From NCBI RefSeq assembly GCF_006345805.1, contig NC_043003.1:27776001-27840000 (forward strand): a DNA stretch of 64,000 bases, read 5' to 3'. The translations under genes and the position numbers were made by a program. This DNA comes from Octopus sinensis (Eukaryota). The notes beneath the pieces were generated by a model that was given only the letters and a program-made list of their open reading frames with translations, made no database searches and was not told the origin of the DNA. Of this stretch, positions 1 to 13,888 are shown in pieces. The first letter of the stretch is position 1. Each line of letters opens with the position of its first letter.

Positions 1-225
1 GAAGTGTTGATTATATAATTCCTGTTCCTGTTTCCGTTCCATTGTCATTTATTTAATTTTATACATACATACATACATACATACATACATACATACATAC
101 ATACATTCATGCGTACGTGCATGCACGCGCGCGCGCACATCTATGTGTGTGTGTGTATATATATATGTATGTATATATATGTATATATATATATGTATGT
201 GTATATATATATATATATGTATGTA

Positions 226-1596
226 TATACTTTGATACTTTGATACTTTGATACTTTGATAGGTTTCGGCCATTATTGGCCCAGGCCATGTCTAACTTAA
301 TAGCACCACCTGGTGAAGTCTTTCAAGTCAGAATTTGGGCACTATGGCCCACTCAAGTAGAGAGTTATTGTTTACAGAGACATGTCCAGGTGTAGGGGGT
401 TTATCCGGGATTTCTTGAAGGAATCTGTCCAAAGACTTCTTGAACCCTATAGGGTCAGTTTCTGTTTTAATGTGTTTTGGTGTAATGTTAAAGAGAGCGG
501 GGCCAATTGAGGTGAAATAATTGTGCCGTATTGTTGTTATGAGATGAGAGTGCGATTTTTGTTTTGGGCGGATGGCACGGGGCCCAGCCTTGGATGTACC
601 TTAAAGGTGATGCCAACATCATTTGGGCAATGCTGATGGAATTTTCCACATCATGCAGATGATGTAGCGCTCACGACGACGTTGGAGAGAATAGAGTTTT
701 AGCTTTTCTAGCCGACCCCAATAGTCGAGGCCTGTCATGCCATCTATCTTTTTTGTGATTGCCCTTTGAGGTGCTTCAACTTTTATGATACCTGTATTTT
801 TGTGGGGAGACCACAGTGGACAACAGTATTCAAGGTGGGGTCGGGCAAAAGTGGAGAAGAGAAGGATAATGTGTGGATATCTCTCGACTGGAAAGTTCTG
901 AGAATCCAGGAACACATTCTGCGGGCCATGTCAACTTTGGTGTTTATATGAGTGGCCCGCTTACGTTGTTGTCCACAATTACTCCCAATCTCTGATGTTG
1001 TTGGACGCCGTGAGAGTTTCACCTGAAGGAAGGGAGTATGGGAGTTTCAGGGCATCCTCTTTTCCAAAGTGGATTAGCTCAAATTTATCCTCGTTCAGCA
1101 GCATATTGTTTTTTTCTGCCCATTGGATAACAGCCAGTAGATCTGACTGAAGGCATGTCCGGTCACTCGCCTCATTTATGACCTCTGTAGCTTGGAGTCA
1201 TCTGCAAAGATTTTTATGTTGCTGTGCTTGATGATGTCATTAATGTCATTAATGTAAATGATGAAAAGAAGTGGCCCAGCACAGTGCCTTGCGGAACGCC
1301 ACTACTGACTTTGGTTGGGCTTGATTTTACCCCTTCAACTACAACATGTTGAGATCTGTCTGTCAGGAAACACTTAATCCATTTCAGTAACTTTCCAGAG
1401 ACAACCAATGTTGGATAGCTTTTTTCAATAGGATCTTGTGATCTCGACCCTGTCGAAGGCCTTACTGAAATCAAGGTAGATGACATCGGTGTTGAGCCCT
1501 CTCCAAAGCTCTCAAATGTCCTCAAAGTGATGCAGGAGCTGCGTTAGGCAGTCCCTTCCATTACGGAACCCATGTTGGTTGGAGATCAGCCGTCTG
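226..1596 (-). mobile_element. CR1/L2-group (jockey-like) LINE, 3' RT fragment, frameshifted, with (TCAAAGTA)n tail
   Basis: Minus-strand frames give SGVPQGTVLG, KIFADD, HLEYCCPLWSP and LEKLKLYSLQRRRERY. The 8-bp tandem tail lies at about 226-261. Confidence 0.85.
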
Positions 1597-1611
1597 TTGC
1601 TTTCCATATAT

Positions 1612-1668
<57 letters not shown>

Positions 1669-1866
1669 TATAAATTAATGTTATATATATATATGTATGT
1701 ATATATATATATATTATATATGTATATATATATGTATGTATATAGATATATATATATTATGTAATATATATTATGTGTATGTATATATAATATATAATAT
1801 ATATGTATGTATATATATATATATATATGTATGTATAATATATATAGATATATATATAATATATAT

Positions 1867-1902
<36 letters not shown>

Positions 1903-2122
1903 CAATATATATATATATATATATATATAATACATATATAAATATATATGTATATATATATATGATACTATATATTATATGTAGGTAATAATATATATAA
2001 TATATGTATGTTATATATATATATATTATATATATATATGTATGTATATATATTATATATATATATATGTATACTATATATATGTATATAATATATATGT
2101 ATGTATATATATATATGTATGT

Positions 2123-2153
<31 letters not shown>

Positions 2154-2157
2154 GTAT

Positions 2158-2191
<34 letters not shown>

Positions 2192-2530
2192 ATATATGTA
2201 TGTATATATATATTATATTTATATATATATATATTGTATGTATATATATATATATATGTATTATATATATATATGTATATATATATATATGTTATTATAT
2301 ATGTATGTATATATGTATATATATATGTATGTATATATATATATATATATATGTGTGTATATATATATATGTATATATATGTGTGTGTGTATATATATAT
2401 ATATGTATGTATATATGTGTGTGTGTAATATATATATATATATATGTATGTATATATGTGTGTGTGTATGTATTTGTATAATGTTATATTATACATATAT
2501 ATGTACACTCACATACACACGCGCGCACAC
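1597..2530. repeat. Compound (TA)n/(TATG)n microsatellite
   Basis: Directly visible; explains the YI/MY-rich ORFs. Confidence 0.95.
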
Positions 2531-2799
2531 ACACACAATCGTCCATAAGTCTGATGGGAAGACCAGCTCCTAAAACGTTTTTTGAGCAGTAATATTTTAT
2601 GTGGTGGTTGGTTACAGCCGGTCAGAAAGTTACCACTAGTTTCACGTCTATTATTGCTATTAGCAATAGAGGAGCTCCAGGAAAGATGCTGACTGGAGGC
2701 ACATAACTTCTTTTCTACTGGAGGTAAATATACAGTCTTTGTTAGGTTAGTGGTGAAAAAAACCCCTGAAACTAACAAACTCTTTTGAAACGAAAAACT

Positions 2800-3910
2800 T
2801 ATTCTGTGAGAGACGGAGTAACGCCCTTTGAACGATTAAAGTTCTGTTTGAAAAGGGTCAGTTTATGTACGTTTTCCACTCACTATTCAGCAAGCAGGGA
2901 ATACTACATTTCCAAAATGAATTTTCTATCATAAGGGCAGGGCACCAACAATAAACTTCATCGAGAAAATATTTTAGGACCCTCGACTTCTCGGCCAAGC
3001 AAAGTTTACACCGTCTGCTTCTGTTGAGGTATGACTCAGGCTATTCCAAGAGCTTCCATTTAAACCTGCATTGCGTTCTTTCTTTTTTTAAATGCCATGT
3101 GTAGTTGGCCAAAGATGTGACAGAGCCTCTGGTTATTTAGTTGTAACTTAAAGGGCCCTCCGTTCTTCCAACATATTTCCGTGTGTGTGTTGGTGCTACT
3201 GTTATTTTTTTTTCTGCTACTCTTGCTACTTCTGGAGATCAACTCTACTTCATAGACTACGATCTCGGACTTGCATCGACCGCCTACTGGGCATTCACTG
3301 TTAACCCGACATGAGCATCTTGCCTCTGTACAGGGTTTAGGGGCGTTCACAAAAGTCTGTTTTACACTGGGCGCATAGCCGAACGAGTCCCTTAAGTTGG
3401 GTCTATTAAATAATCATCCGCACCTATAGAACTGCTTGAAATGCTCATCTACTATCTTAGAAAATCTTTTCCACGTAGGTTTTGATATTGAGAGAAAAGG
3501 ATGGAGTAAACCAAAGGACCTTATGGTGGTGCTTTCTTTTGTGTGTGTTAGATCCCGGTATAAGTGGGATACTGTTCTTAAACCCGCTGGATGCCTAAGC
3601 CTCGTTATAATAGAGGAGTTGCAGCGTTCGACAATTCTCTTACTGACATCGTTCATCAGGTTTTTGAACACGGTAAGCGAGTAGTAGGAGGTTCTATTAA
3701 TATACGATAGCCTTTTAATTGGTTTGCAGTAGGGCCTGTATGAACAGGTACCCATATTGTAACCTTAAGACCAAGGGAGCTAACCATGTGAATTAGGTTC
3801 TCCCTAAGCCTTTCCAGGGGGTACTCATTTGCGCCCCTGGAGATGGCTAAAGCGTCATCCATGTATACACCAAACTGAACTAAAGGAAACCTCTTCGTTA
3901 AGGTTTCCAG
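2800..3910 (-). mobile_element. Penelope-like element fragment (RT C-terminus plus GIY-YIG region), degenerate
   Basis: Minus frames give MDDALAIS..LERLRENLIHMVSSLGLKVTI, CKPIKRLSYINRTS and CSCRVNSECPVGGRCKSEIVVYEVE. This matches the PLE RT-thumb to CxC..CP..G.C..IVY layout. Confidence 0.75.
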
Positions 3911-3926
3911 TATATATATATGTATA

Positions 3927-3968
<42 letters not shown>

Positions 3969-4246
3969 TGAGGGAATATTATTCCAAACTTACAGGGAGA
4001 AATTCAATTTAGAAATACTAAATCAAATTTCACCAAATATAATATAAATATATAAATTAGAAAAAAACCCACCTTTTATCAATTCATGAATGCAAAATTA
4101 AAATATGCCATTTAGAAAAATTACATCTATATATGCATACATACACACATTTTATTAATAAAGCTGCAAAGACATCACAAAATCACAAAAACTATTACTC
4201 AGAGTTTCACGCTCCCGTTCGTGCATATATATATATATATATATAT

Positions 4247-4362
4247 GTGGAGCTTTAGGTATTTTCGCTCAATAAACACACGCAACGCCCGGTCTGGAAA
4301 CGAAACCGCAATCCTCCGACTGTGAGTCCGCTGCCCTAACCACTAGGCCATAGCGCTTCCAC
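4247..4362 (-). mobile_element. tRNA-derived SINE, family C, 5' fragment
   Basis: Reverse complement of the GGCCCAGTGGTTAGGGCAGCGGACTC head also seen at 25454 and 31154. Confidence 0.75.
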
Positions 4363-4799
4363 ACCAGTCATTGTAGATGCATTATACTATGTACCAACAA
4401 ATTTACACAAAAACTTGCAAATATCGGTTTCACAGAGAAAGAGCAAAAGAAACTGACACGAATTCTTCAAATCTAATCTATTAATGGGGATAGTGAAAAT
4501 TTGTAAGACATTCCAAAAATTACTCCATCTGAAATTAGGTGAATAGATGTACACTTTTGTGTTTATGCATCGACGGTTCAACCAACATACTATCTAAAAT
4601 ACATATGTACAAACACCAGGAACTCTCTTAACTCAAGAAGTCTTGTCGCTTTGTTAGCCATCGGCTTGAGCTCTCTCCATGAAGAATTTAAATTAAACCC
4701 AAAGAAAATTCATACATATGCGTGGGAGACGCGGACACACATACGCACACGCATATACATGCGCACACAGATACAGAGAAACACTCGCACACACTGACG

Positions 4800-5204
4800 C
4801 AATCATGTGTGGTAAGTAGCTTGTTTACCAACCACATGGTTCCGGGTTCAGTCCCACTGAGTGGCACCTTGGGCAAGTGTCATCTACTATAGCCTCGGAC
4901 CGACCAAAGCCTTGTGAGTGGATTTGGTAGACGGAAACTGAAAGAAGCCCATCGTATATATGTATATGTATATATATATATGATTGTGTGTGTACATGTT
5001 TGTGTATCTGTGTTTGTCCCCCCCCCCAACATCGTTTGACAATTGATGCTGGTGTGTTTACGTCCCCATAACTTAGCGGTCGGCGGAAGAGACCAATAGA
5101 ACAAGTACTAGGCTTACAAAGAATAAGTCCTGGGGTCGATTTGCTCGACTAAAGGCGGTGCTCCAGCGTGACCATAGTCAAATGACTGAAACAAGTAAAA
5201 GAGT
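4800..5204 (+). mobile_element. tRNA-derived SINE, family A (GGCACCTTGGGCAAGTG core)
   Basis: tRNA-like head (TGTGGTAAG..GGTTCAGTCCC) and tail ending GACTGAAACAAGTAAAAGA. Further copies at about 5234-5410(-), 6755-6890(+), 9160-9495(-), 10050-10210(-), 45945-46212(-) and 50008-50340(+). Confidence 0.85.
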
Positions 5205-5221
5205 ATACATACATACATACA

Positions 5222-5252
<31 letters not shown>

Positions 5253-5455
5253 GACAGGGTTTCACACAGTTTTCGTCTACCAAGTCACTCACAAGGCACT
5301 GGTCGACCTGAGGCTGCATTAGAAGACACTTGCTCTAATTGTTGTACAGTGGGACTGAACCCGAAACTTTGCAGTTGGAAAGCCAGCCTCTTAACCACAT
5401 TGCAATGCCTAAATGTATGTATGTATGTATGTATGTATGTATGTATGTATGTATG

Positions 5456-5486
<31 letters not shown>

Positions 5487-5952
5487 CTTTTAAGTGTTAT
5501 GTTAACATTTCTTGCCAACGAAGGAAGAGTCGGTTTCTAACCCAGATCTGAGGCTCGTTCATTGGAATTTTAAAAACATCAGCAGGGTAATTATATATGG
5601 TTGTGTGCATGTGTCCAAGTATCTGGAGTCTGCACATGTGCAGATTTGTATGTTTTTATTTTGTGTGTTTACTATAACATACAGTTGCATGTCTAGACAT
5701 GTGCATTTATACTTATATGCTAAACTTTTGGAAAGTTACACATATTGTGATAGTTCCATTAATGCATTAATGGATTCTTTCTGCGGCGTTCTAATTAGCT
5801 TTCTCCTTTCTGGTCTTGAGAACCTAAATTTTTCAAGATTGATGCATGCTGAAGCAGTTTGTTACATATCCTAGTGCCTCCAAAATTGCAAGAATAAATC
5901 TGAACTTGTAAACTGGGTGGAGTAACTGTAAATTTTTCAATAGTACACTGAG

Positions 5953-6204
5953 CATGCATGCATGCATGTATGTATGTATGTATGTATGTATGTATGTATG
6001 TATGTATGTATGTATGTATGTATGCATGCATGTATGTATGTATGCATGCATGTATGTATGTATGTATGTATGTATGTATGTATGTATGTATGTATGTATG
6101 TATGCATGCATGCATGCATGTATGTATGTATGTATGTATGTATGTATGTATGCATGCATGCATGTATGTATGTATGTATGTATGTATGTATGTATGTATG
6201 TATG
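5953..6204. repeat. (TATG/CATG)n microsatellite
   Basis: Directly visible. Confidence 0.95.
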
Positions 6205-7228
6205 CGTGTGCTTTGAACTCTGCTTTTTTCGTTTGTACATCTAAACGCGCGTGTGTACGTGGTTGTTTGAGTTAGATAAAGTGCTTGTTTGTGGCATGTG
6301 TTACTGCCTCTCCCACAAATTCTTTTATTGTCTACAATTATTCAGAATTATCTTGGGATTCGTATCGTGTTTACTGATGATGTAAGGAACAGGCATAGTT
6401 GTGTAGTTAAAATGCAACAAGCCAACAAATGGCCTTTACGTGGCCTCTGGTAGATCGCTCGACCTGCCACAAATAACAGCCACATTTCTCTTAAATAACA
6501 CCCGGTCGTTTTCAAAACGGAGCGGATTCTTACTGAGTGAAATAGTTGTAGATATGCAATATTAGTAATTAAAATTGCGACTTCTTGTGTGACCCGTAGT
6601 TGACAATGGAATACTTAAAATCTAGACTGAGGTGAGGTAAAGTTGGAGCAATGAGAAGAGAGTGATATTATTATATTTGCTGACATATAACATGCACCAC
6701 TATTTTACTATGGTATTTTGTGTAAAAGGCAAATTTTGTATGTTTCATCGTGCAAGCATAGCTGATTGGTAAAAGGCTTTCTTCACAATCACATGGTTCC
6801 TGGGTCAGTCCCACTGTGTCACACTTTACTATAGCCGACCAAAACCTTGTGAGTGGATTTGGTAGACGGAAACTGAAAGAAGTCCATCGTATGTGTGCGT
6901 GTGTGTGTGTGTGTGTGCGCGCGCGCTTTTGACGACACGGGTATTCTAGTATATGTATGTGTGTGTATGCATGTGTATGTTTACACACACACACACACAT
7001 ATATATATAGTTGAAATTTATAGAAAAAAGACGAAGACAAGTGTATGAACAACCGGCAGGTGTATTAGTTTGACGCTCGGGGAAATGAAAAATGAAAATG
7101 TCTTTTACGCTTCGAGCATACGCTCTTCAACAGAAAGGAATATGGGAAAATAAACAGAGATAGAATGAAAAAAAACTGTGGATTTAGCGGTCAAGCATGG
7201 CGACTGGCATATATGTGTGTGTGATATA

Positions 7229-7469
7229 CAATGGTGGCCCAAAAGTAGGTTTACAGTTTTCACGTAGGTACTTTAAATTCCTTTTAAAACCTTTTATTAC
7301 AGTTAAATTTCCATCTTACAAACTGAAAAGGGAGCTTGACAAAATTAACAAAATTAGCATAGAATAATGGTTCCCTTTTTTTTGTTTTTATAATTAATAT
7401 CTAAACTGTTAATATATGAATGCGAAAGAGATAGTTGAATAACTGTAAACTTATTTTGGGACCATCCTG
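7229..7469. mobile_element. Putative Tc1/mariner-type MITE
   Basis: Imperfect TIRs caatggtggcccaaaagtaggtttacagtt / aactgtaaacttattttgggaccatcctg; left end follows TA. Confidence 0.5.
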
Positions 7470-9978
7470 TTTATATATGTGTAGTGGATCTTGCATGCAT
7501 GAAGTGGATTCGATCCACCATAGCCAAATTTAAATTAACACTGCAACAGAACTTTTCCCGCGGTGGAACAATGGTTTTTCTGTGAAAGGAGTTTGACATT
7601 CGCCAGATTGCCTTTAGCTAGGCCGAAATAATATCTTCACCACTTGACCCTTATAACCTCTTCTACTTCACCAAAAACCAGAATAGAGAAAGCAAAGCCA
7701 CCAACTAAATCTATTCTTCTCAATAATATGTCTATCTTTCTGGATAGTTACAAAAGCAAGAACACCTCAAGCAAAAATTAGTTAGTAACTCAACGAGTTA
7801 GCCACTACGGTGACAACTCAGTGAGAACGAAGTCTGGCTGACCAGCTAGAACCTTGGTTAGAGGGAGAAATGAAGTTTACTGTCAGCAACTGTGAGACAA
7901 CGTCCCACGACCTTACAACTTTCACTAGCTCTAATTCTGTTCTCTTACAACATCATCAATCGCTATCTGCGGATTGCTACTAACAATTTGTGTACGCCAA
8001 ACTATGCAAAAAAAAAAAAATAGAAAGAAATTCTACCACATCTAACTTTCTTTCGCATGCTCTCGGATGTTATAACCTGCCCGTCGAGGTATGGTAGTTT
8101 TCAACGTAACGGTAAATAAATACTTTCTTAAAACTTCATGCATTGTTCATCTCTCACATCCTACAGTGCAATTATAACAACAAATTTTTATCGTTACAAC
8201 TGTTGACTCCGACATTTCATATTATTGCGTACCTAATCAATCTTAACCATTACATATATATACATTGGTCGCTGTCCATTATGCTAGTAGCATGCCAAAT
8301 GCTATTTAATCTGTAATCAATACTATTCCTTTGCTTGACCAAATGCTTCTCTATATTTACTTAATGATGTGACAACATCTTCAGTGTAGATGCCAAGATC
8401 ACAAATACGCCCGGTTTTATCCCACGTAGTTGCCCGAACAACGAAAAAATAACAAAATATGAAGTCTTGCATTTACCGATGTAAGACGGGCTTTAAAGAA
8501 AAAAAATATATATCCAAAAACTTACCCTGCGTCTAATGTGGTTGCATTACAGAAAACCACAGGCTAGAGAAACCAATGAGCCCAAGACCGCAAGGCACAA
8601 AAATTGTTATTTATAATAAGACATTGAAACAAGGCAAATTATAACAAACTGCTAATACAAACTTACAAATAACTGTTTACGGTGGTCGCATCATATATCT
8701 GCGCCTTCTTCTTCGGCATACATAACCCTCTCCTCATACATGTCGTACATTTCTTTACGGTATCGTTACTTTCAAGAAATATTCGTTTATTATCAAAGGA
8801 AAAATTCTCTTGGAAATGATGAAAGGAATGTCGACAAACTTTCAGCTATTTGCAATGAATGAATGACAACAAAATCATAGCAGTGGCGCACCACCCTGGT
8901 AACCAATTACGATAAAACAAAATACACAGCCAGAAATGCGAGTTTTACATCTTGTATGGCAATTTTCTTGATCAAAATATGAACAACTATACAGTTGATC
9001 TGAAAGAAGATAATGTTGAAATACGTTACTCCCATAATATGGTTTATTTATAGCAAATTTGTTTTCATACTAAATTCCAATAGTCTACTACAATATTGTT
9101 TTTACACATACAGAATTATACATTTTGCTCTACAAAAAACCACGTCACTTTTACTTGTCCCAGTCATTAGACTACGGCTATGCTGGGACACTGCCTTGAA
9201 GAATTTCTAGTCGAACGATCGACTCCAGTATTTATTTTTTGTTAAGACTGCTACCTCTTCTATCGGTCGCTTTTGCCAACCGCTAAGTTACGAGGACGTA
9301 AATACACCAACACCAGCTGTCAAGTGGTAGCAGGATGCACACACACACATACGACGAGCTTCTTTCAGCCAAATCTAATTACAAAGCTTTGGTCAGCTAT
9401 AGTAGAAGACACTTGCCCAAGGTGCCACGTAGTGGGATTGAATCCGGAACCATGTGGTTGGGAAGCAAACTTCTTGCCACACAGCCACGCTCGTATCTGT
9501 AAAATAAAGCAAGTTCAGAGTTACCCCCCGTACATATCCTAGGACGGTAGGGTTGCTTCGAAAAGTCGACATTTTTCAAAAATAAGGAATATAGTTTTTT
9601 CCCTTGATAGATAAATGGCCTGAATTCAGCTTGGTGATCCATCCCCTGCCCCTTATTGAATTTGTTTCGGCATGACCTTCTGAAAATGCATATTTTTAAT
9701 GAAAATTAGCAGAGATACGTTGTTTGGAATGGTGTAGATTATAATTGTGTTGATGATATTTGGTATTTTGTTTCTTCACATTTCTGTTTAAAATGCATAT
9801 TTTAAATGACATCTTTCGATAACATAAATAGTATCATATCAGTATCTATATTCAACTTGTCTGTTTTGTCGAGCACCTAAGTTACGAGGAGGTTAACACA
9901 CCAACACCGGTTGTAAAGCACACACACACACACACACACACACACAACATACACACATGCGCACACACACACATGCAC

Positions 9979-10013
<35 letters not shown>

Positions 10014-11083
10014 CACACCACACACACACACACACACGCGCGCGCGCCCTTCGGGTTTATTTCAGTTTCCGTCTTCCAGATCGACTCACAAAGCTTTGGT
10101 CGGATCGAGGCTATAGTAGAAGACACTAACCCACGGTGCCAAGCAGTGGGACTGAACTTGGAACCATGTGGTTAGGAAACAAATTTCTTACCACTGCCAT
10201 ACCTGCACCTATGGATTTTTTTCCCCTTCTCTCTACGCCCTGTGCTTTTCGTCTGAAATTGTGTGTGGGGGTGGGTGGGTGAGAGAGAGAGGCGGGGTAT
10301 TGTTAATTTGTCTGGGAGCAAGACTGAGTTTATACCAATCTGTCACTACCTAATATGGGGTCCTAAACCCTAGAATTAAGCCAACAAGAAATCTACAAGG
10401 CGGTTGTTTGATCTGGTAGAAACAGCAGTAGAATCTCTCTCAAACTACACCCTACTGAAGTAATTCTTAAACAGTTCTCTCCAAGGGATATATAGCTAAC
10501 TCTAGTGAACTTCCTCTCTATTATATATTCATACGTACGAACGTAGCAGGTAACAGCTAACCTTTGGCCGTTGCTTTGGATCCCGTTGTGTCTACCACTC
10601 TGATTGGTTGCTATTGGCGAAATTTGTCTCTTATTCTATCACGCGCCAATATGCAACCCAACCAATCGCAGCCTCCAAATGAATCATGTGAGACAGTCAG
10701 TTCCAAACAACATTTGAGCTTATCGTTGGCTATAGAGAAACGAGACGTACAACATAAAGAATATTTCCCTTCTTCAGTTGTCCCTGTTTCATCTACTCCA
10801 CGTTACGAAGGCAACGACAAGACGCGACTGCTTTTAAACAATCCTTCCAGCAAAGCAAATTAAATAACATTTGGAATTTTGTATATATCGTTTGTGTTTT
10901 TTTGTTGTTGTTCGAAAAAAAGTTCGTTTCTATGTTTTTGCTTTTATATTTTCGTTTCTCATTGTGTTCAACGTTTTTTTTTTGATGTCCTGTACCCATA
11001 TATGCATATATATGCATATATATGTAGGTATGTACATATGTGTATGCATATAGGCATATATTTATATATAATTTATATTTTAT

Positions 11084-11114
<31 letters not shown>

Positions 11115-11141
11115 CAAGAAAAAAGCAACAAGAATGGATTG

Positions 11142-11236
11142 GTTTTTCAGTACAATTGTTTCATACGAAGAACAGCTTTATTAAAAGCTGCAAATATTGC
11201 AGCAAATACAAGTATCCCGTACTCATCAGCCAAAAC
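11142..11236 (-). ncRNA. Type I hammerhead ribozyme motif
   Basis: Minus strand: ttttgg-CTGATGA-gtacg...cgtat-GAAAC-aatt-GTA-ctgaaaa. The core is intact and stem III is palindromic. Confidence 0.65.
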
Positions 11237-11263
11237 ACATATGAGTTTTCCAAACATCCTAGG

Positions 11264-11334
<71 letters not shown>

Positions 11335-11335
11335 C

Positions 11336-12178
11336 AGTAATAACAAAGGGTAAAATTAATTCATTAAGAAGTAATCAATAATTTCACCAAGTAGAGTTCA
11401 GCATGAAAAAAGGACCATTTTATGGTAAACTTAAGTAATACTAAATAATTAGGGTTCAGCAAAGATTTGCTTTACCACATACCGAAGCTTAGAAATAGCA
11501 GCCAAAAAACGTTAGCTATTTCTTCTACTTAAAAAGGGACTCCCAAAAAAACCCAAAATACTTGAAAACAATCCACACAGGCAGAGAGGAAGAAGTAACG
11601 AAAATCAATCAATATCTGGTCACCTATGGACGCGCATTTCGGAATTAGGTTGGAATGAAGAATATAAAATTATACTTTACCAACCGTTTTCCTCTTCAGC
11701 ATAGGACCTATCAATAATTAAGTATTGAAATATTAAATTCGAAGGTACTGGAATAATTGAACATATCTCTCCACCTGACGGTATCGGACTGATAATATTC
11801 AACGTCAGTACCGCCGAATTCAAAACATGAATGAGGTTTAATCACCCTCCCCTGCCCGTCCTCGTGTGTCTACAAGAAAACTACTACAGAAAAAAATCTG
11901 TAGCTTGTTATCAGGAAGAAAATTCTATTAGTAATAACAAAAGGTAAAATTAATTCATTAAGAAGTAATCAATAATTTCACCAAGTAGAGTTCAGTATGA
12001 AAAAAGGACCATTTTATGGTAAACTTAAGTAATACTAAATAATTAGAGTTTAGCAAAGATTTGCTTTACCACATACCGAAGCTTAGAAATAGCAGTCAAA
12101 AAACGTTAGCTATTTCTTCTACTTAAAAAGGGACTCCCAGAAAAACCAAAATATTTTAAAACAATCCACACAGGCAGA
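11336..12178 (-). repeat. 594-nt tandem repeat (1.4 units) containing a hammerhead; retrozyme-like or PLE pLTR-like
   Basis: agtaataacaaa.ggtaaaattaattcattaagaag recurs at 11336 and 11930. Homologous to 51054-52205. Confidence 0.8.
11618..11708 (-). ncRNA. Type I hammerhead ribozyme motif
   Basis: Minus strand: ggtc-ctatg-CTGAAGA-ggaa..ggttgg..ccaacc..ttcc-GAAAT-gcgc-GTC-catag-gt-gacc. Confidence 0.8.
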
Positions 12179-12560
12179 ATCGTTAGCACGCCGGGCGAAT
12201 GGCTTAGCGGTATTTCGTCTGCCGTTACGTTCTGAGTTCAAATTCCGCCGAGGTCGACTTTGCCTTTCATCCTTTCGAGGTCGATAAATTAAGTACCAGT
12301 TACGCACTGGGATCGATATAATCGACTTAATCCGTTTGTCTGTCCTTGTTTGTCCCCTCTGTGTTTAGCCCCTTGTGGGTAGTAAAGAAATAGGCATTTC
12401 GTCTGTCTTTACATTCTGAGTTCAAATTCCGCCGAGGTCGACTTTGCCTTCCATTCTTTCGAGGTCGATTAATTAGGTACCAGTTGCGTACCGGGGTCGA
12501 TCTAATCGAGTTGTCTCCTCCCCAAAAATTTCAGCCCGTGTGCCTAGAGTGAAAAGGAAT
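12174..12560 (+). mobile_element. tRNA-derived SINE, family B (GGCAGAATCGTTAGCACGCCGGGC..GAGTTCAAATTCCGCCGAGGTCGAC), one copy plus a partial second
   Basis: Same consensus at 22884-23540 (three copies), 39000-39225(-), 40089-40326(+) and 56340-56572(-). Confidence 0.85.
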
Positions 12561-12631
12561 ATATATATATATATTCTTTTCTGCTCTTATATATACTCTT
12601 GTGCCTAGAGTAGAAAAGAATATATATGTAT

Positions 12632-12690
<59 letters not shown>

Positions 12691-13888
12691 TGTATCACAC
12701 ACTTTCTAGTGGTGCATTATTTCAACATCATCGGAATGAATTATTACATTTACAATTTCCCCTCCATCACCATCACCACCAACAACAACACCACCACTAC
12801 TAACGTTTACCTCCATGTTTTGTCAATTCTTGAATTGGTTAATTGTCAAAACTTAACAACTTCTCAGTACTACAATTCTGATCAATAGGCCTCTTTCAAC
12901 ACCCCCTTCCTCACCTCACCTCACCTCGAGTGCTGCTTTTCTCTCCTGCACACCTCCCTCTTCTCCTCTTCAAGCTACTATTTTTGTATGTGAGCATTCT
13001 TATTGTTTTGTTAGTATAGTTTATTGAATGAATCGTTTTGAAATCATGAAGGTGAATGACCTCTCGTTGATGTTTGTCAGAATTCTTGTAGGATTTCAGG
13101 TATCTTGTTGACTTTGTCAGTCATTGTTTTTATACACACTTAAGACACTACTATGAGTGTCAAAAATAATAGAAAAGACATAAAACGCCTGATACAAGTC
13201 CAGTATTTACTATTCTCTTTATCTCACGTTGCTTCAGTTCACTCAGTTGGCAAAAATGAGCAGCACCTGTATTTCAAATGCTCAGCTTTCTCACATTCCG
13301 TGTGACGCTGAATCTCCCTGAGAACTACGTTGAGGGTAGGCATGTCTGTGGAGTGGTCAGCCAATTGCACGTTTATTTCACGGGGAGGCTGTTCCGTTGA
13401 TCGGATCAACTAAAACCCTTGTCGTCGCAACCGATGGAGTACAAGTTTACTGTTCCTTTTTCTTTTTAAACTCTTGGACAGCCTTTGAAATACATTCCAT
13501 ATCTCAAAGAATTATTATATATCTTAATCTCCCCCCCCTCTCTCTCTCTCTCATAAAGAGAAATTTCATAGATGATAGGAGTTAAATTAAATTATAACAC
13601 TGTCTTTGAAATGTTCGAAAATGATAAATCCACTAACTGCAACAACAATAATAAAAAAGAAACAGAAAGAAAGAAAAAAGAAAGCACTAATTAAATTTCA
13701 TTTTAACCAAGACCTTGTTTAGATCAAATTCTCTTGTAATTTCCTATTCACCCTTTGCCTGGGAAATACACAGGGCATATTCCCCAGACATCCATGCATC
13801 CCATTTGATACACATTTTCAATTTTTTCAACCACCAAAGTTACCTTGCGACATATGAAAGTGAGGCAGTGAGCTGGCAGATTTGTTAG

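Noticed and set aside
1697-2573. Long ORFs rich in Y/I/M/C/V (also at 5795-6275, 24784-25231, 49483-50061 and elsewhere)
   Set aside because: They are translations of TA/TATG microsatellites, which lack stops in some frames.
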